A stretch of DNA of 64,000 bases from Eledone cirrhosa (Eukaryota). The stretch covers positions 86,056,001 to 86,120,000 of the forward strand of contig OZ024747.1 in NCBI GenBank assembly GCA_964016885.1. Direction: 5' to 3'. The position numbers and the translations under genes are program-made. Shown in pieces: positions 27,760 through 41,607 of the stretch. Under the pieces are notes generated by a model. It did not search any database, was not told where the DNA came from, and worked only from the letters and a program-made list of their open reading frames with translations. The number at the start of each line of letters is the position of its first letter. Position 1 is the stretch's first letter.

Positions 27760-27770
<11 letters not shown>
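26913..27770 (-). mobile_element. Non-autonomous Helitron
   Basis: Minus-strand 3' end: hairpin cccg-tgcaacgc-cggg, 8 nt, CTAG|T; 5' end tatataaaactgaggatgtctgtctg; internal duplications. Confidence 0.75.
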
Positions 27771-27849
<79 letters not shown>

Positions 27850-27870
27850 TATATGTTGTTGCTGTTATAT

Positions 27871-27910
<40 letters not shown>

Positions 27911-28037
27911 AAAGTTATATTTAAATTGTTGGGTTACAACTAGCAAATATTTATAACTGATATAAAAGCACTCAACAAGTATTTGGAGTATATTTACGAT
28001 ATTAAATAAATGGAAACTATATTTATAAAACCATATT

Positions 28038-28103
28038 TATTTCATTATATATATTTCAGGGATATCATATTAACAATATGTTATGCCTTCTTCAGACAAA
28101 ATA
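28038..28103 (-). ncRNA. Type I hammerhead ribozyme (family A, inverted arm)
   Basis: Reverse complement of 32711-32776, with one stem I substitution outside the 8-bp core stem. Confidence 0.7.
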
Positions 28104-29212
28104 TAATATAGACAGTTTTATAGATAAATAGATTTGACATACCGTTCAACATCGACTTGTATTTGAAAAAGTTGATTTGGCAGTGAAAAATTGTAAACAG
28201 AAAGAAAGAAAGAAAGAAAGAAAGAAGGAAAGAAAGAAAGAAAACGAAGAAAAAGAAGAAAAAGAAGAAATGCATGCAACAAAATAGAGAGATGGAAAGA
28301 TAGATAAAGAGAAGAACTTCATGTAAAGAAACAGAGAGAGATATATAGAGAGAGGAAATAGATAGAGATAGATATATATAGAGAAAAGTAGGTAGTTGAA
28401 CGACGTATCAATGATACATTTATTTATTTATTTATTTATTTAGCTCTAGTATTAATGTAAGGGAGATATATGTGGTTAGGAAAGAAACCAGCCGTTATAT
28501 ATAGAGAAAAAGGAAAAGTAACCAGACATAGGCGAGGCAGAATTTAAAAACCCTATGTTTTAATGTAGAAATATTAGTTCGTATAAAAACCAGGCACTAT
28601 AATGTAAATATCAGTATTCCTGAATGAGACACGTATCTATAATGTGTGAAAAGTAATGATCTTATGTCTAGTTTTAAAAATTCATATGTTTATATGATAA
28701 CTACAAACATCGATGTGAATTTACGTGATCAACTCTGCAAACCCCTATTTCACACGGAGAACATTCTCATTGTGCTATAAAAATTTAAGTATACATATAT
28801 GTGTATATATACACATATATATAGAGTTTATATTAATTTTAACAATACTATTCTTGTCTTTACTCTACATGATTATCTATCAAGCAGAAATAGAGAACAG
28901 ATTTCAATATATTAATAAAAATATCAGAAACAAAAACAAAAAATAATAATAATAATAATAATAAACAAATAAATAAAATAGAAAACTAAAAAATATTACA
29001 TATTAAAAATGAAAATATTAAAAATATTAAAAAATATTAAAATAATAAAAATAAGATAGATAAAGAGAAGAACTTCATGTAATAAAAATAAGATAGATAA
29101 AGAGAAGAACTTCATGTAAAGAAACAGAGAGATATATATAGAGAGAGGAAATAGATAGAGATAGATATATATAGAGAAAAGTAGGTAGTTGAACGACGTA
29201 TCAATGATACAT

Positions 29213-29251
<39 letters not shown>

Positions 29252-29252
29252 T

Positions 29253-31379
29253 TTTATAAGGAGAATCAGGTGGCGAGCATTCCACTTTGATAAATCTAAT
29301 ATAAATGAAAATGTCTCGGACTTAAACAAAGTTTTCAAATCTAAAAGAAATCCACCCCCTAACAAGCTTTTATCTGACTTTGAAAACGATATAATTTCTA
29401 TCATACAAGGGGTCAAATTCAAGAGAAACTTCAAAGGCCAGGAATATCTGAAAGGCATTAAGGATAATATTGAGAGCTTAGAGAAAACTGAGAAGATCTT
29501 GGTGAAATCTGACAAGACCAACAACCTCTATGGAGTGCAGAAAGACATGTATAATGGCCTCATACTGAAGGAACTGAGGAAAAAGTACAAGGTAGCAGAT
29601 AAGGCCGAGCTTGAGAAAATGAATGTTGAAGCATCTTGTATAATGCACGAGTTGGAAATTGAGAACAGAACACAACCTTTCGTGCCCAGGAAACCGAAGA
29701 TCAATATGAAAGATCACAAAAGGAATTTTGAAAATGACTTGCCAGTTAGATTGATCGCACCACCAAAATCGGACCTGGGCAAATTAAGCAAAAACATTCT
29801 TGACAGGGTGATACAGCAAATTAAAAACTTGGATTGTTTACCTAACCTGAGCTTGTGGAAGGGAACTGGAGAGGTTGTTGAGTGGTTTAAGCAAATTAAA
29901 TATAACAATAATAATAAGTTTATTCAACTTGATATTGCTAACTATTATTCTTCTATTACCCCTAATCTACTAAATAAGGCACTAAATTACGCAGTCAAAC
30001 ATACAGACCTAACTAGCAATGAAATGCACATTATATTATCGGCTAGGAAAACATTGATAGAATTTAATGACCAACTATGGACCAGAGCAGATAGAGATAG
30101 CAATTTTGACATTACTATGGGATCATCCGACTCAGCTCAGGTAACTGACCTTGTGGGCTTATTTTTAATCAATTCGCTACATAGGAAAATACCTGGTACT
30201 ACCGGAGGTTTATATAGAGATGACATGCTTTTACTTATTGATAATAATAACTCTGAACTAAATAGAAAAAGAAAACAAATTACACAATTTTTTAATTACT
30301 TTAATCTAAAAATAGAAATTGAGAACAACCATAGAATAGTCAATTTCCTAGATATAACATTAAATCTCAACACATGTCTTCACTATCCATTTCACAAGTT
30401 GAGTGAAAACTTAAACTATGTCAGCTTTAACTCTAACCACCCCAGATCTGTCAAAAACACTATAGTAAACTCTGTTCAAAAACGTATCTCTAGAATCTCG
30501 TCTAATAGAAAGATTTTCGACGAAAAAGCCCAGTACTACAATGAAGCGTTAGCTAGAGCAGGATATAGTGATAAGATTATGTACATAGATAATGATAGAC
30601 AAACTAAACAAAATAACAACTATTTTAATTACGGCCACAACCTTAACAACTATAATAGAAAGCATTACAATAATTCCAAAAGCCAAAAAAGAAATAGAAC
30701 TAGGAACATAATATGGTTTCCCCCCCCCCCCCCCCCTTCTCACTAAACATTAAAACCCACATCGCTAAACTATTTTTTAAAGCTCTTGATAATCGCTTCC
30801 CTAGAACACATAGGTATCACTCAATTTTCAATAGACATACTATAAAATTAACCTACTCATCCACCAAAAATTTAGCACAAAATATTAATAGAATAAATAA
30901 TAGGAACTTAAAACCTAGCGATAATAATAAATAATATACAAGTTAACAAATGTAACTGTAGAGATAGATCTAAATGTCCGTTAAATAACAACTGCTTAGT
31001 TAAAAATATAATATACAACTGTAATGTTAAAACGGACTCTAATTCTTTTAACTACGTCGGTTCCACATCGACGGAATTTAAACTTCGCTATAATAACCAC
31101 AAGAATTCTTTCACAGATCCAAGCAAAAAATCTTCAACAGCACTATCAGGCGTACTCTGGCAACTTAGGCAAGATAACGTTAGATATTCGACGGCTTGGA
31201 ATATAGTCTCAAGAGGGATTCCTTTTAATTCATCCTCTGAGACATGTGACCTCTGCGCGGAGGAGATATTCTTTATACTAAAATCTAAAAATTCCCTTAA
31301 TCTACGGACAAATTTATTCAGTTGCTGCAAACATAGATTGAACTCAACTTTTAAATATAAATTTAAATTTAAAATGTAG
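29253..31379 (+). pseudogene. PLE reverse transcriptase + GIY-YIG endonuclease; 5'-truncated, two frameshifts
   Basis: FIRRIRWRAFHF, KSDKTN, PVRLI, QLDIANYYSSI, ITMGSSDS, LYRDD, NFLDITL, SNHP, then CNCR..CPL..C, IIY..YVG, NHKNSF, CDLC..E, LN.R, CKH; shifts at the C-run ~30720-30736 and near 30930. Confidence 0.93.
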
Positions 31380-32710
31380 TATATTTAGTTTGATTTGTAA
31401 TTATTTGGGAAACTAGCCGATAAATCTTTCGATTTCTTCTTTTTATTCTTCTTTTTATTTTAATTTTTATTTTAAACATTCTTCATGAAAAATTAAACTA
31501 CCCTAAAAATTGATTCTCCAAATATATCGAATAAACGTTACACTAGATAAACTTCTATATTAAATATAAGAACATATGTAGACCAAATGGGCATCCTAAA
31601 CTTTTGAAATGATTTCTGTTAGACGCGATTTGGTAAATAATTTTTAGCTTTATCTGTTTTCGACTCTGATGCTTATAATGAACTTGGTAATATATTGTCA
31701 ATTAATTTTGAAGGGTTGATCTTTGTGGTCGATTTGCGTGGCATATTATGTTTTATTTTTATTATTTTAATATTTTTTAATATTTTTAATATTTTCATTT
31801 TTAATATGTAATATGTTTTAGTTTTCTATTTTATTTATTTGTTTATTATTATTATTATTATTATTATTTTTTGTTTTTGTTTCTGATATTTTTATTAATA
31901 TATTGAAATCTGTTCTCTATTTCTGCTTGATAGATAATCATGTAGAGTAAAGACAAGAATAGTATTGTTAAAATTAATATAAACTCTATATATATGTGTA
32001 TATATACACATATATGTATACTTAAATTTTTATAGCACAATGAGAATGTTCTCCGTGTGAAATAGGGGTTTGCAGAGTTGATCACGTAAATTCACATCGA
32101 TGTTTGTAGTTATCATATAAACATATGAATTTTTAAAACTAGACATAAGATCATTACTTTTCACACATTATAGATACGTGTCTCATTCAGGAATACTGAT
32201 ATTTACATTATAGTGCCTGGTTTTTATACGAACTAATATTTCTACATTAAAACATAGGGTTTTTAAATTCTGCCTCGCCTATGTCTGGTTACTTTTCCTT
32301 TTTCTCTATATATAACGGCTGGTTTCTTTCCTAACCACATATATCTCCCTTACATTAATACTAGAGCTAAATAAATAAATAAATAAATAAATGTATCATT
32401 GATACGTCGTTCAACTACCTACTTTTCTCTATATATATCTATCTCTATCTATTTCCTCTCTCTATATATCTCTCTCTGTTTCTTTACATGAAGTTCTTCT
32501 CTTTATCTATCTTTCCATCTCTCTATTTTGTTGCATGCATTTCTTCTTTTTCTTCTTTTTCTTCGTTTTCTTTCTTTCTTTCCTTCTTTCCTTCTTTCTT
32601 TCTTTCTTTCTTTCTGTTTACAATTTTTCACTGCCAAATCAACTTTTTCAAATACAAGTCGATGTTGAACGGTATGTCAAATCTCTTTATCTATAAAACT
32701 GTCTATATTG

Positions 32711-32776
32711 TATTTTGTCTGAAGAAGGCATAACATATTGTTAATATGATATCCCTGAAATATATATAATGAAATA
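32711..32776 (+). ncRNA. Type I hammerhead ribozyme in the sense 3' repeat of the PLE
   Basis: tattttgt-CTGAAGA-agg..catatt gtt aatatg..cct-GAAA-tatata-TA-atgaaata. Confidence 0.75.
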
Positions 32777-32816
32777 AATATGGTTTTATAAATATAGTTT
32801 CCATTTATTTAATATC

Positions 32817-32942
<126 letters not shown>

Positions 32943-34531
32943 TTACAGATATATGTTGTTGCTGTTGGGTAATATTCTAACAAAATCAACGATAATATAA
33001 CTGCCAGAATCACCATAAGAATCATAAATCAAGCAGCTCCTTAGAATACTAAATACCAAACAACCACCGGTGTTTTTGTTTCTCATATCTCCGGATACTC
33101 TACTACGCTATAATAACATTTTCTTCAAGATATTTTCACATATCCAACTCTCTTTTGATCCATTACGCAGTTAAAGCTGTTTCCTATTTTAACTCTATTC
33201 AGCCAGGAAAGATTTTAGCTATAATTTTAGTTTTACTCTATCTTTTTTTTATTATATATATATATTTTCATTTCAATTTTACAAAATTTCAAAGTCAAAT
33301 ACTATTGTGTTTGTTTATCTATTCCGAAAAAAATATAATAATAATTTTAGAATATATTTTCAACATTTTATTCTTTTAACTTTTGATTCTTTTTTTGTTA
33401 GTGTGTAAAGTTTAATTAATCATTTGTTTATGTATCTTTCTGTAATATTTCACATACAATATGTCTTCCTGTCTGTTTTGTTATTTCTTACGTTGTCTGT
33501 GTATCTCGTGGAGAGAACATAAGGCAGACAATAACGATGATGATGATGATGATGACGATGATGACGGTGATGATGATGATGATGAGGATCAGTAACAGAC
33601 ACACACAACAGATACTCGCGTAACATGTACATGCATTACATACAGTTACTAATATATAATAACTATATAATCATGGGTATATATATTATACGCATTGCAC
33701 ACAAATGTACAAATATATAATAAATATATATATATGCATGGGTGTATGTATATGTATGTATATATATATGTATATATATGTATGTATATATATATACACA
33801 CAAAAAAATTATGAAATGAAAGGAGCTGTGTGGCTACTAAAAACAAGGTTTAGGATGGTGGTTAGGACGGAACAGGAGGAGAAATATAAAATAAGCGGGC
33901 TGGAACAACAATATATATAAATACACACACACACACACACATATATATATTTTTTTACCATGCACATCCTTGTTTTGTACTTTACATATTTATCACGTAA
34001 TTATTTTATTTACACTTTTCATTTTATTTACATTTTTTTTTTAATTTAAAAATATATAAAAACTTTATAAAACCAAATAAAATATTACAAGACTCCACAA
34101 CCTCCTCGACATCGTAACCCCAGCCAGAAAGTAACATAACATGAACAAAAACAAAATATGGCGGCCAAACGAAAATAACGTTAAAACTACAAAAATCAAC
34201 AGACAGATACAATTTTTTTCTTCAAAAACCAGCGAATGAACAGACAGTAAATGAAAAAAAAAATCGAAAAAGTCAAAACAAAATCGAATACCAATGACAA
34301 ATGGTCACAGCAAATTCAATGTTGTTTTAATAAATGTTATAAATTTTATTTGTAAGAAAATATTTTGTTATTTTAACATAATTCCTTCATTCATTTCGGA
34401 TTTTTTAAAACTTCTCTTTTCTTCTCTCCACAGAAATAACACAATATGTATGTTTACCTAATCTTTCGGTATGCTACGTAAATATTGCCGGAAATATATA
34501 TATATATATATGTGTGTGTGTTTGTGTGTTT

Positions 34532-34594
<63 letters not shown>

Positions 34595-34657
34595 TCGTGT
34601 GGTAAAGCCTAGGTACCCGACAACAACTTTTTATTATTGTTATATACATATATACAC

Positions 34658-34749
<92 letters not shown>

Positions 34750-34908
34750 TTAATTGTGTTCCCATGCAACACCATTTCTACTACTAACTAATTGTGTGCG
34801 GCCTGATATATGGATTTGTATGTACAAAATACGATTTTTGTAAAATCATGGAGCGAGTGGCAAACATCGATTTTACACGAATTCTATTTCTCTGGTTCGT
34901 TAATATTA

Positions 34909-34951
<43 letters not shown>

Positions 34952-34984
34952 CGTTCGTGTGGTAAAGCCTAGGTACCCGACAAC

Positions 34985-35490
34985 AACTCACCTCCAGAAT
35001 TCTTGATACACTGCAGGCCAAGGTGCCATAAATGACTCAGCGAGTTCTACTCTTGCAGCTTTATCAAACAAACCATACCGAAGATCTGGCAGAAGACTAC
35101 TGCCATTGCCCTTCCAAAACCAAACAAACCTGTAGATGTTCCAAAGAGCTCCAAACCAATCTCATTCCAGTGTGTTCCCTTCAAACTTATTGTAGCCATA
35201 CATGAACCAACAGGCGGCCCACAATTGTCAGTTGTACAAGCGGGTTTTCGCCGTGTCTCGGAACACAGTACACCAGATCGACAATCTTACCAATGAAATT
35301 GAAGAAAGATACGAAAAGAGCCACAAAGCTGGCACTATCTTGGTCAACCTCACTGCAGACTATGCCACAGTGTGACACCAGAGCCTAACCCTGAAGTTAC
35401 CAAGAATAATTCCTGACCACCACATGATGCGGTTTATCTGCAACACCATAGACAACCAAGGTTTTGTTTGAAGACCAGGGATGGGCAGAC
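34985..35490 (+). mobile_element. Decayed LINE RT fragment (Ingi/Vingi-like or I-group)
   Basis: IPKIWQKTTAIALPKPNKPVDVPKSSKPIS, QAGFR and LVNLTADYATV*H resemble RT domains 0-3. Confidence 0.7.
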
Positions 35491-35551
35491 TCATTGAATT
35501 ACAGCTCATTTTTGCCCCATTTTGTAGCCTGTATGATACAACAGCCGCTGA

Positions 35552-35612
35552 GTAGCGAACTCACGACCTTATCATCGTAAGCCGTGTACCCTAACCAATA
35601 TGGCACACGCCA
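35552..35612 (-). mobile_element. tRNA-derived SINE head
   Basis: Minus strand ggcgtgtgccatattggttagg...gtcgtgagttcg. Confidence 0.5.
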
Positions 35613-35960
35613 TCACGTTTCTGTAATTATGTATGAGATTTCATGTCCTTGATATAACCTGCTTTTAAACAAGGATATATCGAGAGTTATCACACTTTCA
35701 GATAGGTTTTGAATAGATCTTTTATGTAAAGCACAGTTCAACTCGGCAAATTATCAGCCAGATTTTGAATAGAATCTTTACATAAACTACGTTTCAACTC
35801 CCCATGTTATCACACATTTCAAAACCAATAATGCCTTTACGAAAATCACGGTTCAACTCAGCCCTTACTCAAGCATGTGGAATCCTTCCTAATAGAATGC
35901 CATTCCTTTTTACGGCCAGCTCCTCACAAGCACTCACATTCACATCTTTCTCTCCCCCCC

Positions 35961-36002
<42 letters not shown>

Positions 36003-36329
36003 GTGTATATATGTGTATATATATATATATACTTACATATATATATGTATATATACACATATATGGCTCTTATGGAAGGGATCACATTGCAAATGTTTCC
36101 TCCTACGAATAATGCTAACATTCGTTGCCAACTGAGAGGGAGAGATAGTATGTGTGTGTGTAGTGATGGGGGTGCATGTGTATGTATATTCATGAATGTG
36201 TGAGAATGCGTGTGTTGGCGTGTGTGTGTGTATGTATATGTGTGTGTATACCAACAAAACATTATCTAATATTTCAACAAATGCAGACTTAATATAACCT
36301 CCACATAACCAGAATACCTTAAAGAATCA

Positions 36330-36483
36330 CTGGTGGGGGTGGGGGTGGCGGTGGTGGTGGCGGTGGTGGGGGTGGCGGTGGCGGCGGTGGCGGCGGTGGC
36401 GGTGTTGGTGGTGGTGTGGGGGATTTGGTATTGGTGGCGGTGTTGGTGGTGGTGGTGGTAGTGATGGTAGTTGAGGTGGTGAT
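36330..36483. repeat. (GGY)n trinucleotide repeat
   Basis: Directly visible. Confidence 0.9.
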
Positions 36484-36676
36484 GTAGGGAACTTGAAGGT
36501 GATGAAACTTATGTATTTTGTTGATATACATACATGCATGAATACGTGCATACATGCATATATATATACACACACACACATACATACGTACAAACAGATA
36601 TAACTATACGCATGCGCATGTAAACATTCACACCACGTATACATATATATATTCATATATATACATATATATACAT

Positions 36677-36728
<52 letters not shown>

Positions 36729-36864
36729 ATGTGTGTGTGTGTGTGTGTATGTGTGTGTGTGTGTCTGTCTGTCTGTGTGTTTAGCAGGACTGTAAGAACA
36801 CAGGCCTCACACACAGAGCTTATATGTGTGTGTATATAAATATAAATATATACACACACGCCAT

Positions 36865-36949
<85 letters not shown>

Positions 36950-36996
36950 TATATGCATATATATACATATATATATATATACATATATATATACAG

Positions 36997-37031
<35 letters not shown>

Positions 37032-37049
37032 CATATATATATGCACATA

Positions 37050-37119
<70 letters not shown>

Positions 37120-37140
37120 CATATATATATACATACATAT

Positions 37141-37210
<70 letters not shown>

Positions 37211-37212
37211 CT

Positions 37213-37246
<34 letters not shown>

Positions 37247-37302
37247 AATCCTGACATTAACTTGACCTTTCTTCAGGCGCTAATACGAGATAAACTCATA
37301 TT

Positions 37303-37388
37303 AGCGCCTGAAGAATGGTCATTATTTCGATGCCTCTTGTTTTCTGGAGGTTTGGTTAAATTTGGGACTTGAAACCTTGAGTAACGCC
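37303..37388 (+). ncRNA. Degenerate type I hammerhead in a small fold-back (37263-37321)
   Basis: gcgc-CTGAAGA-long stem II-GAAAC-cttga-GTA-acgcc; first stem I pair mismatched. Confidence 0.55.
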
Positions 37389-37469
37389 ATTGTTCCTTGT
37401 ATGAAAATAAATATATATTTACATGTACAAATAATGAATCAAAACATATCAAATAGTAATGTGCTGTTC

Positions 37470-37822
37470 AAGCGTGAGGTTTAATGGTTAGGATGTTTAC
37501 CTCACGATTGTGAGGTCACAGGTTCGATTCCCAGACCTGGCAATGCGTTATGTCCTTGATCAAAACATTTATTTCACGTTGCTGCAGTCTGCTCAAGTGG
37601 AAAAAATAGTTGTACCTATAATTCATAGGTCTAGCATTGTCGCTGGCTGTGTCCATTTAAGAACTAGTTTAAGGGTACACGTGTCTGTAGAATGATCAAG
37701 CACTTACAAGATGGACTGTACCTGTAATTCACTACGTCAACCTTGTCACGCTGAATGCCAGTTCCAAGAGAGGGCTATTCCGTAGAGCAAATAACTGGAA
37801 CACTGGTCGTACCGACGGAGGC
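37470..37822 (+). mobile_element. tRNA-derived SINE
   Basis: A box ggtttaatggtt, B box ggttcgattccc, body ending accgacggag. Confidence 0.78.
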
Positions 37823-38106
37823 ATGGCCCAGTAATCTGTAGGTTAATTATAGCTAGGTCAGCTTGCAGAGGTGATGCCGTCCAACTGTGTCATCTACTCT
37901 AACATATCAGTCAGATATTCTCTGTTGTAAGTTTACTGATAAGCTATTGAAATCAAATAACCTCTTGTGGTCCAGCTTGTCCTTCCCCCAAATCACCACA
38001 ACGACCAGCAGCACCATCACCACCCCGCCACCATTACACACCTCATTTGTTCCACTCGCCATGTCAAATATACATTTCTTAATTGCTTACACTCACTCGC
38101 ACACGC

Positions 38107-38160
<54 letters not shown>

Positions 38161-38174
38161 TCATATGAATATTA

Positions 38175-38211
<37 letters not shown>

Positions 38212-38275
38212 AAGAGACATGTATCATAAGAGTGGAGGAGAGAGAAAAAAGTATAAGTTATGATCCAGTATACAT

Positions 38276-38363
<88 letters not shown>

Positions 38364-38367
<4 letters not shown>

Positions 38368-38940
38368 GGAATAGAATGAAACGAAATTTCATTTCTCACT
38401 CTTAGAACGCCACTTACTTAAATGTAAGTATGTATGTATGTATACGTACATACATATATGTATACAGACGTACAGTAGTATGTATATATATACACACATA
38501 TATACATGCACGTATCGGTTTACCGAACATTTATTATAATGCTCGGTTTGTTTGTTTATAAACAAACAAACAGCCCGAATTACGCCATACAGTGTTTAGG
38601 CAACCACGTCACCTTTTTGTTCAACACTGACACAGGAACGATGTACTAGTTTCAAGCCTATTAGCTATCGTCAGCATCGTATACCTTCCTGCCAGATGGT
38701 TGAACGTCTGAAAGTATATACTGTCCTTATGCATATTAACGGCAGAGCAGTCTAATTTGCATATCGAGTGAGTTCAGTCGGCCGGGCACACCGAAAACGA
38801 TAAATGGAATAGAATGAAACGAAATTTCATTTCTCACTCTTAGTACGGCACTTACTTAAATGTAAGTATGTATGTATGTATACGTACATACATATATTTA
38901 TACAGACGTACAGTAGTATGTATATATATACACACATGCA
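38364..38940 (-). mobile_element. Family E retrozyme-like element, ~1.3 tandem units of 438 bp
   Basis: aaatggaatagaatgaaacg...catgca occurs at 38364 and 38802 as a direct repeat, with one hammerhead between. Confidence 0.78.
38638..38680 (-). ncRNA. Minimal type I hammerhead ribozyme (family E)
   Basis: Minus strand acgatg-CTGACGA-tagc taatag gctt-GAAAC-ta-GTA-catcgt. Confidence 0.88.
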
Positions 38941-39039
38941 CACAGGAGTCTTATTTAAAAAAATATATATATATTTAAATATATTTAAATATATATATAT
39001 TTTTTTAAATAAGACTCCAGTTGCAGTTTCGATTTCATC

Positions 39040-39265
<226 letters not shown>

Positions 39266-39317
39266 TAACAATTTATTATTTACGAAGCGGTGGGAGAATT
39301 TGAAATTTGGAAAGAGG

Positions 39318-39534
39318 CACAGCGGTATCTGTGTCAACCATCCATAAAAGATCTTTGCAATATTGCATCGTTATTGTTCTTTTAGTAGAGAAAAAACAAA
39401 CACCGTGTATAAGTGGTTGTGTGTATTTGAATGGTTGAAAATGGATACCACAGTTTGTATATTCTGCAAATAGTTTTGCTGAATATGAAATGGTAAAGAT
39501 GACGATATGGATGGTTGACAGAGATACCACTGTG
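39318..39534. mobile_element. MITE-like element with 29-bp TIRs
   Basis: cacagcggtatctgtgtcaaccatccata / tatggatggttgacagagataccactgtg (27/29 match). Confidence 0.7.
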
Positions 39535-40080
39535 GGTTTTCGGCAAGTAGAGTTTACTGAATAAAATCAGCTTCACAAATATAGTAATCTTTACTATATA
39601 CCATGTGGCTATATATAGCACTGGTATGTCTGCTTGGCAAGGCATAAGATACTCAGCTTCCTACAGACGCAGTTTTGTATGCATGTGTGAATTTATTGTG
39701 TATGTATGTATGTATGTATGTATGTATGTATGTATGTATGTATGTATGTATGTATGTATATATGTAAGCATATATGTATACCCCCCCCCCATATATATAT
39801 ATATATATATATATATGTTTGTGTATAAATATGTAAATATTTAAGATCTGGGAGATTAACGAAGAGTTTTGAATTACTACTTACCTTACATTAGATCATA
39901 GTACATATACACACGTACATATATACATATGTATATATGCACTGATATACGTATATACATCCACTCACATAGAGCTTGTTTTATACTTTTATATGTATAT
40001 CATTTTATCTTTAATTAGAAACTCGTTATACCATCTTGACTATGTATATATGTATATATCTGTGTGAGTGCTGATATGTG

Positions 40081-40120
<40 letters not shown>

Positions 40121-40232
40121 AGGGTGTGTGTATATATATATATACATATATATATATATGTATGTATATACATATATATGTATGTATATATATATACATA
40201 TATATGTATGCATATACATATATATGTATATA

Positions 40233-41415
40233 TACAATTCACAAGAATCAAAGCTATGTTCAAAGCATTTATTCACTTACAATTGTTTCATCCAAACCTA
40301 GACTTGGAGTCTTCCAGGCATTTTTCAATGTTTGTACATATAATTGACCTCCTATCCAACGCAAGAGACATACAGATACATATATATATATTGATGTACA
40401 GTGGAGTGACATATATTATACTATACTATCTTTGTACAGCAATCCAAATTCAAAATCAAAATCAAAATCAAAATCAAAATTAAAATACAAAATTAAAATA
40501 CATTCGGCAGGTAACACAGATAATGTAAGAGGATAGTTTGATAGTACAGTAAACCACTGTAGATTCTCGCAGCAGAAAGAACCTATTCTATAAATGTGGA
40601 TTAAATAACACTGAGCCTCAATACGCTACAATAATTTAATGCAGCAAACATTCAATAAGGAATCATCGTAACTTATGTATCCACCACCTTTTTCTGAATG
40701 GGAAAATGGTGGTGGATACGAAAACTATAACTTTCTTTTTCTCTTTCTTCTTCTTTTTCTTTTTCTTTTTCTTTTTCTTTTTCTTTTTCTTTTTCTTTTT
40801 CTTTTTCTTTGTCTGCACACATACTCTTTTGATCTATACAAAAAAATACTCTACCATTACAACCACCATAATACTCTTGCTTACCCGCTTAAAGTGCTTG
40901 CATTACAAGTAACACCTTGCCACACAATAATCGTATAAAAATGAGACACACATGCATGCTCCATGTGTAACTAACGCATACACTACCTACTAGACCTGAC
41001 TATCAAACTATCCTCTTGCATTATCTGTGTTATCTGCCGGATGTATTTTAATTTTAATTTTAATTTTGATTTTGATTTTGATTTTGATTTTGAATTTGAA
41101 TTGCTGTACAAAAATAGTATAGTATAATATATGTCACTCCACTGTACATCAATATATATATATGTATCTGTATATCTCTTGCGTTGGATAGGAGGTCAAT
41201 TATATGTACAAACATTGAAAAATGCCTGGAAGACTCCAAGCCTAGGTTTGGATGAAACAATTGTAAGTGAATAAATGCTTTGAACATAGCTTTGATTCTT
41301 GTGAATTCTATATAACTGCTCTGTAGAACAACTGATGTTATTACATTGAGCTATTTATCTTACTGGTAATAAGGTAGTAATAAATTACTGACCTTCACTG
41401 TTTAGGATTTAAGAT
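40233..41415 (+). mobile_element. PLE-derived fold-back with ~310-bp inverted arms and a variant hammerhead
   Basis: 40233-40545 is the reverse complement of 40999-41313; CTGGAAGA-hairpin-GAAAC-aatt-GTA at 41226-41265. Confidence 0.72.
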
Positions 41416-41494
41416 ATATATAACTATAGAAAGTTTAAAATATACATAACCATAAATAGTATCCTGAATATTATATGTATATACATATATACAT

Positions 41495-41607
<113 letters not shown>

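Noticed and set aside
33060-33140. Minus-strand TTGAAGA...GAAAC
   Set aside because: Core mismatch and no convincing stems
34150-34480. YY1-like aaatatggcggcc motif and possible micro-exon
   Set aside because: Short motifs only; not supportable without transcript data
36319-36585. Poly-proline ORF
   Set aside because: (GGY)n microsatellite adjoining dinucleotide repeats
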